From the NCBI GenBank assembly GCA_050950825.1, contig JBMNIH010000003.1, positions 384,001 through 448,000 of the forward strand: a DNA stretch of 64,000 nt, read 5' to 3'. Source of the stretch: Clostridia bacterium (lineage in GTDB: Bacteria; Bacillota; Clostridia; JAAYHZ01). The notes beneath the pieces were generated by a model. It made no database searches. It had not been told where the DNA came from and saw only the letters and a program-made list of their open reading frames with translations. The stretch's first letter is position 1. Each line of letters opens with the position of its first letter. The position numbers were made by a program, and so were the translations under genes. Positions 18,800-28,024 of this stretch are shown here, piece by piece.

Positions 18800-19524
18800 A
18801 AAAAGACATTTTAGGGCTAAATATTGACGACGTGACCATGGAGGAAGCATTACAAATCGCATTGTCTTTTACCGAATCGGATTCCGCCAAAACCGTTTAT
18901 ACTCCCAATGCGGAAATCGCCATGGCCGCTTTAAGAGACAGCGAGTTTTTGGAAATTTTAAATCGGGGAGATCTGGTTATTCCGGACGGTGCCGGAGTCG
19001 TGCTGGCCTCTAAAATCATCAACAATCCACTAAAGCAAAAGGTAGCCGGTTTCGATTTGGCTTCGGCCATGTTGAAGAATCCCGAATTTTACGACAAAAC
19101 CTTTTTCTTCTTTGGCGCCAAACCGGGCGTAGCGGAAAAAGCCGTCGAAAAAACCAAAGCCGTAAACCCGCATTTGAAAGTAGCGGGAGTGCAGCACGGC
19201 TATTTCAAGGAAGAGGAAACGCAAGAAATCATCGATAGAATAAACCTGCTCAAGCCGGATGTCCTTTTTGTAGGTTTGGGTGCTCCAAGACAGGAAAAGT
19301 GGATTCATGCCCACAAAGATCGGTTAAAGGTGAAGCTGATCATGGGAGTAGGGGGAACCATCGACGGTTTGGCAGGAGAAGTGAAGCGGGCACCGGCATT
19401 TTTCATAGATCACCATCTGGAATGGCTGTACCGATTGATCAAGCAGCCCAAAAGATTCATAAGAATGCTGAACATTCCCGCATTTTTATGGGAAGCGGTA
19501 AAATACCGCGGGAAAACACGATAA
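18796..19524 (+). CDS. tagA: WecB/TagA/CpsF family N-acetylmannosaminyltransferase
   Basis: TPNAE, PDGAG, GLGAPRQEKW, GVGGTID, RAP, LEWLYRL..QP.R. Confidence 0.9.
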   Translation: MKKDILGLNIDDVTMEEALQIALSFTESDSAKTVYTPNAEIAMAALRDSEFLEILNRGDLVIPDGAGVVLASKIINNPLKQKVAGFDLASAMLKNPEFYDKTFFFFGAKPGVAEKAVEKTKAVNPHLKVAGVQHGYFKEEETQEIIDRINLLKPDVLFVGLGAPRQEKWIHAHKDRLKVKLIMGVGGTIDGLAGEVKRAPAFFIDHHLEWLYRLIKQPKRFIRMLNIPAFLWEAVKYRGKTR

Positions 19525-19549
19525 GCATGGAAACGGAAAGGAAAAATAC

Positions 19550-19855
19550 ATGGCAAATACAATCAAAACGAAGATAAGGCAGCCTCTAAAAAAGGATATA
19601 CTTGATGCGATTCGGAACAAGTTTTCCGAACTCTCCGTGGAAGAAGACGGTATATATGCAATCACAAGAGGGTCTTCTTTGCATGATTATCTTCTAAAGC
19701 TTACAAAGGAGACAAACGAGGAGATTATTGCCGAACATTCATCGAGTACGGATCGATATAGTACGATCTATGTAGAAAAATACAAAAACGGCGAAAGCGA
19801 AACCGTGGAAACAAAAACAGCCGATATTACATATCACGACATTTCAGAATCATAA
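19550..19855 (+). CDS. Hypothetical protein (101 aa)
   Basis: ATG with SD GAAAGGA, co-oriented after tagA and followed by a terminator; no recognised motif. Confidence 0.6.
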   Translation: MANTIKTKIRQPLKKDILDAIRNKFSELSVEEDGIYAITRGSSLHDYLLKLTKETNEEIIAEHSSSTDRYSTIYVEKYKNGESETVETKTADITYHDISES

Positions 19856-19881
19856 AGAATTTTTATACAAGGTCAAACCGT

Positions 19882-19920
19882 AAAAAAATCGATGCAAGAG
19901 CACGACTTGCATCGATTTTT
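19882..19920. terminator. Bidirectional intrinsic terminator
   Basis: AAAAATCGATGCAAG / CTTGCATCGATTTTT perfect stem with A/T tails, between convergent operons. Confidence 0.85.
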
Positions 19921-19946
19921 GATTTATCTATTTTATTTTTATCTTC

Positions 19947-20771
19947 TTATGCTTCCTTTCGGTCGCATTCTCCAAAATGGATAATTTCGATGGTATTGAT
20001 CGGACACTCTTCCACGCATTTGCCGCAGTTTTGGCACTTATACGGGTCGATAACCGCTAAGCTGCCGGACATGCTGATAGCGTTGTATTCGCACACTTTT
20101 GAGCATCTTCCGCAGCCGATGCAGCCGTGACGACATATCTGCCGAACGGCAGCTCCTTTGTCTCCGTTGGAGCATGTTACGGAAACCGTGTTATCGGCAG
20201 GCAGCAAACGAATAATCTTTTTGGGGCAGGTTTCTACACACAAATTGCAGCCGGAACAGATGGTTTCGATAACCACCGCCACGCCTTTGTGAATCTTTAT
20301 TGCATTCAAGGGACAAACCTTTGCACAATCTCCGAATCCCAAACAGCCGTATCTGCAAGAGGAGTCGCCTGCATGAAGCTGGGAGGCGGATATGCAGGAG
20401 GGTACGCCTTCGTACTCGTACTTTTTCGTGGTAATTCCCTCAAAGCCTGCGCACATAACCCTTGCCACCTTCTTTTCCATCGCTTCCGCTTCCACGCCCA
20501 TAATTTCGGATATTTTCTTAACGACGGCATCCTTTCCTACCGTGCATAAATTTGTTTTCGCGCCCTCGTTAACCACCGCCGTAGCGTATGCAACGCACCC
20601 GGTATATCCGCAAGCGCCGCAATTGGCACCCGGCAGTACATCTATAATTTGTTCGATTCTTTCATCATTGGCAGCCAAAGCAAACTTTTTGGAAACCGCG
20701 GCCAAGCCTATGCCGAAAACCAATCCCAATCCGCCTACAATCGCCGCAGGTACTAAAATATTTACAAACAT
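19947..20771 (-). CDS. rnfB: Rnf complex subunit B (polyferredoxin)
   Basis: LPGANCGACGYTGC and multiple CxxCxxCxxxCP motifs. Confidence 0.95.
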   Translation of the reverse strand: MFVNILVPAAIVGGLGLVFGIGLAAVSKKFALAANDERIEQIIDVLPGANCGACGYTGCVAYATAVVNEGAKTNLCTVGKDAVVKKISEIMGVEAEAMEKKVARVMCAGFEGITTKKYEYEGVPSCISASQLHAGDSSCRYGCLGFGDCAKVCPLNAIKIHKGVAVVIETICSGCNLCVETCPKKIIRLLPADNTVSVTCSNGDKGAAVRQICRHGCIGCGRCSKVCEYNAISMSGSLAVIDPYKCQNCGKCVEECPINTIEIIHFGECDRKEA

Positions 20772-20795
20772 CAAGTTTATACAAACCTCCTTTCA

Positions 20796-21377
20796 TCAAC
20801 CGGCAAACAATCCGCTAAAGCCCATAAAGGCCAAAGACACAAAGGCTGCCGCTACCAAAGATATGGGAAAACCTTTAAAGCATTCCGGTACATCGCATAA
20901 TTCCAAACGTTCTCGAACCCCTGCAAATATCAATATGGCCACCATATAGCTGACCCCGGCGGAAAATCCGAAAACAATGGACTTGATAAACGTATAATCC
21001 CTTTGGATGTTCAAAATGGATACGGCCAAAACGGCGCAGTTGGTGGTAATAAGGGGAAGGTAAATCCCCAATGCTTTATACAGCCGTGGCAGCGTCTTTT
21101 TCATCACAATTTCCACCAATTGAACCAATGCGGCAATAACCAATATAAAGGTAATGGTTTGAAGGAACATCATATCTAAGGGTGCCAGTATATAAGTATA
21201 AACCAGCCAAGTAACGGCGGAGGCTACGGTCATAACAAAGATGACCGCACCGCTCATCCCTACGGAGTTGGACAAATCCTTCGAAACACCCAAGAAGGAA
21301 CACACGCCTAAAAATTTGCTCAATACAAAGTTTTCAACAAATATTGTGGCGAATATGATAATCAATATTTCTTTCAT
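20796..21377 (-). CDS. rnfA: Rnf complex subunit A
   Basis: NFVLSKFLGVCSFLGVS, LGIYLPLITTNCAV. Confidence 0.95.
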   Translation of the reverse strand: MKEILIIIFATIFVENFVLSKFLGVCSFLGVSKDLSNSVGMSGAVIFVMTVASAVTWLVYTYILAPLDMMFLQTITFILVIAALVQLVEIVMKKTLPRLYKALGIYLPLITTNCAVLAVSILNIQRDYTFIKSIVFGFSAGVSYMVAILIFAGVRERLELCDVPECFKGFPISLVAAAFVSLAFMGFSGLFAG

Positions 21378-22039
21378 GCTACACTCTCCTTCTCACAGCT
21401 TCTTCCTACACAGTTCATAGGACAAGAGCCGCAATGACGTATAGGGGTGGTTCGATTGGTAATTTTATTAATTAAAGCCATTAAGAACCCGAGAATCATA
21501 AACCCTCCCGGCGGCAGCAAGAAAATAAGTATGGGCTTCATTTCGCCGGTAAGGAAGGATTTACCGAAAATCGATCCGGCTCCCAATATTTCTCTGACAG
21601 ACCCTATTAACACCAGCGATACGGTAAAACCGATTCCCATGCCTATCCCGTCTAAAATGGAATCCCAAACCGGATTCCGGTTTGCAAAGGATTCCGCCCG
21701 AGCCATGATAATGCAGTTTACCACGATCAAGGGTATGAACAAACCTAACGATTCGTCCAATGCAGGGAAAAAGGCTTTTAAAATCAATTCGATAATGGTC
21801 ACAAATCCTGCTATGACCGTGATGTATGCGGGAATTCGGACCTTATCGGGTATGATCCTCCTTAATAACGATATGATCATATTGGATCCTACCAAACAAA
21901 ACGTAGTTGCCAAGCCCATACCCAAACCGTTTTCCGCCGATGTGGTGACGGCTAACGTAGGACACATTCCCAATACCATTCGGAATATGGGGTTTTCATT
22001 TAATATTCCGTTCTTTATAATCTTAAATCCTTTCATCAT
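21374..22039 (-). CDS. rnfE: Rnf complex subunit E
   Basis: ENP..LGMCPTLAVT, LGLFIPLIVVNCII, LPPGGF. Confidence 0.95.
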   Translation of the reverse strand: MMKGFKIIKNGILNENPIFRMVLGMCPTLAVTTSAENGLGMGLATTFCLVGSNMIISLLRRIIPDKVRIPAYITVIAGFVTIIELILKAFFPALDESLGLFIPLIVVNCIIMARAESFANRNPVWDSILDGIGMGIGFTVSLVLIGSVREILGAGSIFGKSFLTGEMKPILIFLLPPGGFMILGFLMALINKITNRTTPIRHCGSCPMNCVGRSCEKESVA

Positions 22040-22605
22040 CAAACCCCCTTTTCGATATAATGATTCAATGCCGCATTGACGGCTCTCGTCAAAGCATTGG
22101 ACGTAACGGTGGCGCCGCTTAACGCATCGATTTCATTCGCTGCGTTACCGCCTTTTTTCGTAACCTTCAAATTGGCTTCTCGAGCACCGATAAACCGGTT
22201 TACAAAGTCGGGCTTTGCCGCTTCTCTTCCTACACCGGGGGTTTCGTTGTTGTCTCCCACCACAACGCCGCTTACCGCACCGGATTTGTCGATACCCACG
22301 ACTACGACGATATCTCCGCCGTAACCGGATGTTTTCACAAGATATACGCATCCCGCAACCTCTTGGCCTTTAAAGCCTTTATTGACTTCAAGAACGGTTG
22401 CTTGGAATTTTGCATCTTTTTCATTCAGTACTGTCGTTTCAAAGGAATCCGCAGCCGGCAAAACCTTTGCCATATATTCTTGTTTCGCCTCTTCTTCCAA
22501 AGCGGCAATGCGATCCTTCGTTATATCATTGACGGCGGATACGATCCCTACCGTCACAAAGCATACGGCTAATAAAACGATTGCAGGTTTTAAAAATTCT
22601 TTCAT
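22039..22605 (-). CDS. rnfG: Rnf complex subunit G
   Basis: GYGGDI, ETPG, FMN-attachment motif SGATVTS. Confidence 0.95.
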   Translation of the reverse strand: MKEFLKPAIVLLAVCFVTVGIVSAVNDITKDRIAALEEEAKQEYMAKVLPAADSFETTVLNEKDAKFQATVLEVNKGFKGQEVAGCVYLVKTSGYGGDIVVVVGIDKSGAVSGVVVGDNNETPGVGREAAKPDFVNRFIGAREANLKVTKKGGNAANEIDALSGATVTSNALTRAVNAALNHYIEKGV

Positions 22606-22607
22606 CT

Positions 22608-23564
22608 TTATCGACCTCCGAAATTTTTCGGTATGGTATAACGATCAATCAGCGGAACCAGCATATTCATAAACAGGATGGAGAAAGCCACACCTTCCGG
22701 CAAAGCGCCGTACAGCCGAATAACCGATGTCACCAAACCGCACCCTACGGCAAAGATTATGGCACCTTTTTTCGTCATAGGCGAAGTCGTGTAATCCGTT
22801 GCCATAAAGATGGCACCTAACAGCAAACCGCCTGCGATCAAATGCGTGAACGGATCTCCCGTAAATAAACCGTTCCCTCCCAGCATCCATGTTAAAAAGG
22901 CCACGGTACCCAAATAGAAGACCGGAATGTGCCATGTTATAACGGTTCTGGCCAGTAAATAGATTCCGCCTAAAATCAGCGCAATCGCCGATGTTTCACC
23001 GATACATCCGCCGATGTTGCCTAAAAACATATCCAAAAAATCCGGCATTGCCGACACGGCCTCCGCATCCTTCATAATGGCTAAGGGCGTAGCCGTAGAG
23101 ATAACGTCCGTTCCGGGCTCCACCCAGGTGGTCATTGCTTGGGCAAAGGAAACGGTTAAAAATACTCTTGCACCTACGGCGGGATTGACAAAATTTTGCC
23201 CGATTCCGCCGAACAACTGCTTAATGATGACAATGGCGATAAAACATCCGAGTACAGCCATCCATACGGGTAAACCCGGCGGCAGGCTCATGGCCAACAG
23301 CAATCCGGTAACGATGGCGGAGCAGTCGCCAATGGAAGCCGGTTTTTTACGAATTCGAACCGCAATATATTCAAATAAAACACAAGAAACGATGCATACG
23401 GCTATTAACAATGCCGCCCTAAGACCGTGGTAATAAATACCCAATAACGCGGCAGGCGCCAATGCGATAACCACATCCAGCATGATTCTTCGTGTAGAAA
23501 TGTGATCCCTTATGTGGGGAGATGCCGAAACGAGCAACTTCTTTTCCATGTTTATTTTTTCCAT
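22608..23564 (-). CDS. rnfD: Rnf complex subunit D
   Basis: KQLFGGIGQNFVNPA, STATPL (FMN site), GETS, FMATDYTTSP. Confidence 0.95.
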   Translation of the reverse strand: MEKINMEKKLLVSASPHIRDHISTRRIMLDVVIALAPAALLGIYYHGLRAALLIAVCIVSCVLFEYIAVRIRKKPASIGDCSAIVTGLLLAMSLPPGLPVWMAVLGCFIAIVIIKQLFGGIGQNFVNPAVGARVFLTVSFAQAMTTWVEPGTDVISTATPLAIMKDAEAVSAMPDFLDMFLGNIGGCIGETSAIALILGGIYLLARTVITWHIPVFYLGTVAFLTWMLGGNGLFTGDPFTHLIAGGLLLGAIFMATDYTTSPMTKKGAIIFAVGCGLVTSVIRLYGALPEGVAFSILFMNMLVPLIDRYTIPKNFGGR

Positions 23565-23566
23565 GT

Positions 23567-24886
23567 TTATTTTCCCCCTTTCACCTTCGGCTGCTGTCTG
23601 ATCAAAGTCTTGCCCATACGTATGGATTGCACCAGGTATCGCTTAGCCGGGCAATTGTACGTGCAGCTGCCGCATTCGATGCAGTCCATAATATGGTATC
23701 GGTTCAGCATTTCCAAGTCACGTCTTCTTGAGAAAAGATCCAGATTCACCGGCATCAAGGACATAGGACAGCGGCTCACACAGCGTCCGCAGCGAATACA
23801 CGGGGTTTCGTTAGGCGGGTCTCCCAATTCTTTTCCGAGAGCCAATATGGCGTTGTTTTGCTTTAATATGGGTTGATCGATGTTGTAGTTGGCTATACCC
23901 ATCATCGGACCGCCCATAATAACCTTTTTGATTTCCTCCGTTATTCCGCCGCAAAAAGCAAGCAGTTCGCGTATGGAGGTACCCACCACCACTTCCACGT
24001 TTCCGGGATTTTTCACCGCCGTACCGTCCACGGTCACTCTTCTTTTCACCAAAGGCATGCCGGTTTCCAAGTACTTGGAGATAAAGGATACGGTGGTAAT
24101 ATTTAATACGATGGTTCCTACATCGGAAGGAAGCCCTCCTGAAGGAACTTTTCTTCCGGTCAACGCGGAAATCAGCATTTTCTCGGCTCCTTGCGGATAC
24201 CTCGTAATTAAAGGCTGAACTTGAATTTTCGTACCCTTTGCCGCTTGGCTTAAAATCTCAATGGATTCGGGCTTATTGTCTTCCACGCCGATAATGAGAT
24301 TGGGAATTTTCAAAAATTCCCCGATGATCTCCGTCCCTCGAATCACATGCTCCGTATGCTCTAACGCTTCTCGGAAGTCCGACGTGATATACGGTTCACA
24401 CTCTACGGCGTTCACAATCAACGTATCAATATCCGCCTCGTTGGGCAGATTCAGCTTCACGTGGGTAGGAAAACCGGCTCCGCCTAGTCCAACCAAGCCG
24501 GAGGCGCGGATAGCCTTGACAAATTCATTCAAATTTCCTACCTTCGGAGGCTTTACATCCTCGTGTATTTCGTTCTCACCGTCCGATTCAATAATCATAA
24601 CCGGAACGTTTCTGCCGTCGTAAGTCAATATGATATCCATCTTCGCAACCTTCCCGGAAACACCGGAATGGATCGGCGCGGAAACATATTGATCCGAATC
24701 TCCGATAACCTGACCGACCTTTACTCGATCGCCTTTTTGTAGTACAGGCTTACAAGGCGCTCCAATATGCTGCTGCATAGGAACTGTGATCGTTTCAGGA
24801 GCCGGCATCACGACGGTCGGGCTATGAGCGGTATTCTTAATGTGAGGAAGCGTAGCACCCTGTTTAAATGTCTTCTTTCTTTTCAT
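23567..24886 (-). CDS. rnfC: Rnf complex subunit C
   Basis: QHIGAP, GLGGAGFPTHVK, ECEPYITSD, YPQGAEK, GGPMMG and two 4Fe-4S motifs. Confidence 0.95.
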   Translation of the reverse strand: MKRKKTFKQGATLPHIKNTAHSPTVVMPAPETITVPMQQHIGAPCKPVLQKGDRVKVGQVIGDSDQYVSAPIHSGVSGKVAKMDIILTYDGRNVPVMIIESDGENEIHEDVKPPKVGNLNEFVKAIRASGLVGLGGAGFPTHVKLNLPNEADIDTLIVNAVECEPYITSDFREALEHTEHVIRGTEIIGEFLKIPNLIIGVEDNKPESIEILSQAAKGTKIQVQPLITRYPQGAEKMLISALTGRKVPSGGLPSDVGTIVLNITTVSFISKYLETGMPLVKRRVTVDGTAVKNPGNVEVVVGTSIRELLAFCGGITEEIKKVIMGGPMMGIANYNIDQPILKQNNAILALGKELGDPPNETPCIRCGRCVSRCPMSLMPVNLDLFSRRRDLEMLNRYHIMDCIECGSCTYNCPAKRYLVQSIRMGKTLIRQQPKVKGGK

Positions 24887-24992
24887 TCCGATACCTCTTT
24901 CCTAAAACAATTGAAATAAAATTGGTTATACTGTATACATTGTACATTCGCTTTTAAAAAAAATAAAAACGCCTGTTTGTGAAAAATTCGTC

Positions 24993-25025
24993 AAAAAAAA
25001 GTGCTTCCCTTGCAGGTTGCACTTC
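24993..25025 (-). terminator. Probable terminator upstream of the rnf promoter region
   Basis: Minus strand GAAGTGC...GCACTT followed by a T run. Confidence 0.55.
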
Positions 25026-25061
25026 CGATGGTCTTACAAATTCGAACTTTTTTCTTCATCA

Positions 25062-25433
25062 TCATCTTATCCCCATAGGTCTTGCGAGATATACGACCTT
25101 GTCACCGTCGCATATGTCTTCGATAATAGGCAAACCCTTATAACGAACCAACATAACCGTATAGCCACGGGATCTTAAACCGTCCCAATGGTAAATAACA
25201 AGGTTTCTGTTGACACCATGTCGTCTTATAAAATACCTTAAATCCTTCGCGGAATTTACATCGGATACATCTATAATTTCAGAGAACAACCTCTTAATAC
25301 AATCATTTTCTCTGTTTGGCATATATTCTTCACCGGATATCAAAGCTTCTATTTTCTCCGGGGAATAATCCTTAACGGCTATAATATAAGTATCCTTATA
25401 CTTCTTCTGTTTTTGTTTCAGCCAAAATCCCAT
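25062..25433 (-). CDS. Hypothetical protein (123 aa)
   Basis: ATG with a GGGGG SD; no recognised motif. Confidence 0.55.
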   Translation of the reverse strand: MGFWLKQKQKKYKDTYIIAVKDYSPEKIEALISGEEYMPNRENDCIKRLFSEIIDVSDVNSAKDLRYFIRRHGVNRNLVIYHWDGLRSRGYTVMLVRYKGLPIIEDICDGDKVVYLARPMGIR

Positions 25434-25585
25434 TACGCTACCCCCAAATTATAGTTTTGAACTCACCACAATGGATATATATATTTACACACAAATCATT
25501 ATAGTACATCCGGTTCCATTTCGCAATATGTAAAATACGTAAAATCGATAAAATACTTGGCAATTCTGCTTTACGGCGGACAAAT

Positions 25586-26368
25586 CTATCGTTTATCCAG
25601 CCATGCATTCCAAAACTCCAACCGACCCAAGCGAATCTTTTTAAATCCGATCTTTTGATATATACGCTTCGCCTGCTCGTTGTATGCATAAAGAAAAACC
25701 AAAGAATCCGAGCGGAACCGATGCTCCTTCAAAGCATGCCGAATAACGGCAGTGGCATAGCCCTTGTTGCGGTACTCGGGTACGGTATATACATTATCAA
25801 TTACGGCCGTGTTAAATTCATTCATGACAACAAAGGATGCCGCCGATACCGGCTTTCCGCGAACACAATACACCCATAAATCGTATCCCGGCTTCGAGGA
25901 AAGCTTTTCTACTACCATTCGGTTGTATCGTCCCTCGTCGTCGTCGGAGAACATGGACAAAATTTCTTTTCCCGGCCTTCGGACTCTTTCTACGTTGCTT
26001 GAATAGGAGCCTTCCGGGCGAACATTTTTCGGGTAATAGAAAAACGATCCGTCCGGATATCTGCCTATCGCATACCCTCTGCTTTTCAAGGGCTCCGCCA
26101 AAACATCGTAAGCCTTTCGATGAAAGGATGTGTAAAGAACCGGCATTAAGCCCCTGCCCGTATAAAATGCGGTGATATCTTCGATGATCTTTCCCAAATC
26201 TCCCGAGTGGTCTGTTATCACCGCATGGTTGCACATATGGGAGCTCGGGTAGTCTTCATCGTGGTAAAGCAAACCGTAAGGCCGCCGAACCGTTTTGGAA
26301 ATCAGCGCCGGGTAATAAATATGGCTTGATGCGATTTTTGAAGCAAGAGTATTTGTAAACAAAACCAT
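25586..26368 (-). CDS. GNAT family N-acetyltransferase
   Basis: VYTVPEYRNKGYA acetyl-CoA motif A, AKRIYQKIGF. Confidence 0.85.
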   Translation of the reverse strand: MVLFTNTLASKIASSHIYYPALISKTVRRPYGLLYHDEDYPSSHMCNHAVITDHSGDLGKIIEDITAFYTGRGLMPVLYTSFHRKAYDVLAEPLKSRGYAIGRYPDGSFFYYPKNVRPEGSYSSNVERVRRPGKEILSMFSDDDEGRYNRMVVEKLSSKPGYDLWVYCVRGKPVSAASFVVMNEFNTAVIDNVYTVPEYRNKGYATAVIRHALKEHRFRSDSLVFLYAYNEQAKRIYQKIGFKKIRLGRLEFWNAWLDKR

Positions 26369-26383
26369 ATACGCAAAACCTAT

Positions 26384-27211
26384 TTAAGGAAGCTCGAATA
26401 TTTCGCACAGCTCTTCCTGTGTAACGTAAGCGCCGTATTCGGATACTTCGAAGGCCTCAAAGCTGATCAATTTTTCTTTCGCCTTATCGCCGTAAATCTT
26501 TTGATATGTCTTCATGATTTCCGGATTCATAAGGTTTTTGGATCGATTCAAAAGCCACTGCCTGCACCACTGCAGCCGTCCCTTTTCGTCTTTAGGAACC
26601 TGATCCAATTCTCCGTCTAACCAAGGCAGCCATTCGAAAAACTGGGATTCGTGGCAGTACAGCATCTTTGCTTTTTCATCCAAATATTCTTCCGTGTCTA
26701 TAACCACGTCCGGCTTGAACGGAAGAGGCTTTTTAAATCCGTCAGCCATATATAAAATGACGGGTTCATATTCCAATGCCGGAACGTCGGGAACCGTCAA
26801 AGGCACTCTCAACAAAAAAGAGGCGTCTTGCACCAAAAGCCCCGTATTACGGTGGTCCGTATGGTAGTCATTGGTCCGGTGGGTGACAATGATATCCGGC
26901 TTGAATGAACGAATCAGGCCGATTAATCGATTTCTATTTTCCAAGGTGTTTTGCAAATCACCGTCGTTGTTGTCCATAACATGATATTGGATACCGAATT
27001 CTTCCGCTACTTTTCTTGTTTCCAAAAAGCGTCTTTGCTTTAATTCGTCTCTTTTCATTACATGATGCCCGGCGTTCCCGTTTGTAGCGGAAACATACAG
27101 AACGCTTCCTCCTTTACGGAGAATTCTTACGGCGATCCCTCCGGTTTTGCTTTCGCAATCGTCCGGATGGGCCCCGATAACCATTAAACGAATGCCTTGC
27201 TCCTTGATCAT
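26384..27211 (-). CDS. PIG-L/LmbE family deacetylase
   Basis: GAHPDD, TNGNAG, DYHTDH, HESQ; start at ATG 27211 with SD GGAGG. Confidence 0.9.
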   Translation of the reverse strand: MIKEQGIRLMVIGAHPDDCESKTGGIAVRILRKGGSVLYVSATNGNAGHHVMKRDELKQRRFLETRKVAEEFGIQYHVMDNNDGDLQNTLENRNRLIGLIRSFKPDIIVTHRTNDYHTDHRNTGLLVQDASFLLRVPLTVPDVPALEYEPVILYMADGFKKPLPFKPDVVIDTEEYLDEKAKMLYCHESQFFEWLPWLDGELDQVPKDEKGRLQWCRQWLLNRSKNLMNPEIMKTYQKIYGDKAKEKLISFEAFEVSEYGAYVTQEELCEIFELP

Positions 27212-27407
27212 ATTAACCCTCCAATAAAACTTAAGCGGTAAAGTATTTGCGATTATTATAGCACACGTATCCGGTGTTTTCCGAAGGTTTTTTGCTTTCG
27301 AGAATTCCTGCCTTTTTAACATATTTACAAGAAATATAAAATAATGTTTGAGTAAAACCCGTTCAACCGGTACAATGATTTAAAAGAAGTTTTTCGGAGG
27401 AATTGCA

Positions 27408-27866
27408 ATGGAAAACAACGAAATCACGAATTATGAAGGATTCGGCGGCACGAATACCGGTTTTACCGATATTCGGTGCAGCGTTCCGACCGGTGAATTG
27501 ATCCAATTGGCAAACTGGGCAAAATTTCGCGGTATCTTGGACATTATAATGGGAGCCTTATGCTGCTTGGGTATCGTAACGGCCGTTTTCGGAATTCCTC
27601 TTCTTATAGGCGGTATTAAAGTACTCGATTCCGTTTCGGCACTGAAGCAAGCCATAAAAACCGACAACCATGAAAAAATGACGGATTTTTTCATGAATCA
27701 AAAAAAGTTTTTCGTATTTAACGGTGTCTCCAATATTATTTATATTGCTCTGTCCCTATTGGCGCTTATCATATCTCTTGGAATCTTTGCGATGTTTTTA
27801 CGTGAATTTATTACCGATCCTAAAATAACCGATTTTTTTAATCCGGAATACTTTTCTTCTTTTTAA
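27408..27866 (+). CDS. Small membrane protein (DUF5362-like)
   Basis: WAKF.GI..II.G..C...FGIP hydrophobic hairpin plus a C-terminal TM; SD GGAGG. Confidence 0.65.
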   Translation: MENNEITNYEGFGGTNTGFTDIRCSVPTGELIQLANWAKFRGILDIIMGALCCLGIVTAVFGIPLLIGGIKVLDSVSALKQAIKTDNHEKMTDFFMNQKKFFVFNGVSNIIYIALSLLALIISLGIFAMFLREFITDPKITDFFNPEYFSSF

Positions 27867-28024
27867 GATAAATCACGGTTTTGCTTTATTATCAACGATT
27901 TTTACTGTATAATGGTACATAAAGAGCAAAAAGGGTAATAAATCGAGGTTAAGGGTGACAATCACATTTTGTGATTCGATTTACATAAGGTCATTCAAGT
28001 GTGATGGAAAACAGGGGTGATAAA

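Noticed and set aside
24977-24994. Possible Rex operator TTGTGAAAAATTCGTCAA upstream of rnfC
   Set aside because: Biologically plausible, but the right half-site has three mismatches to TTCACAA; too weak without comparative data.
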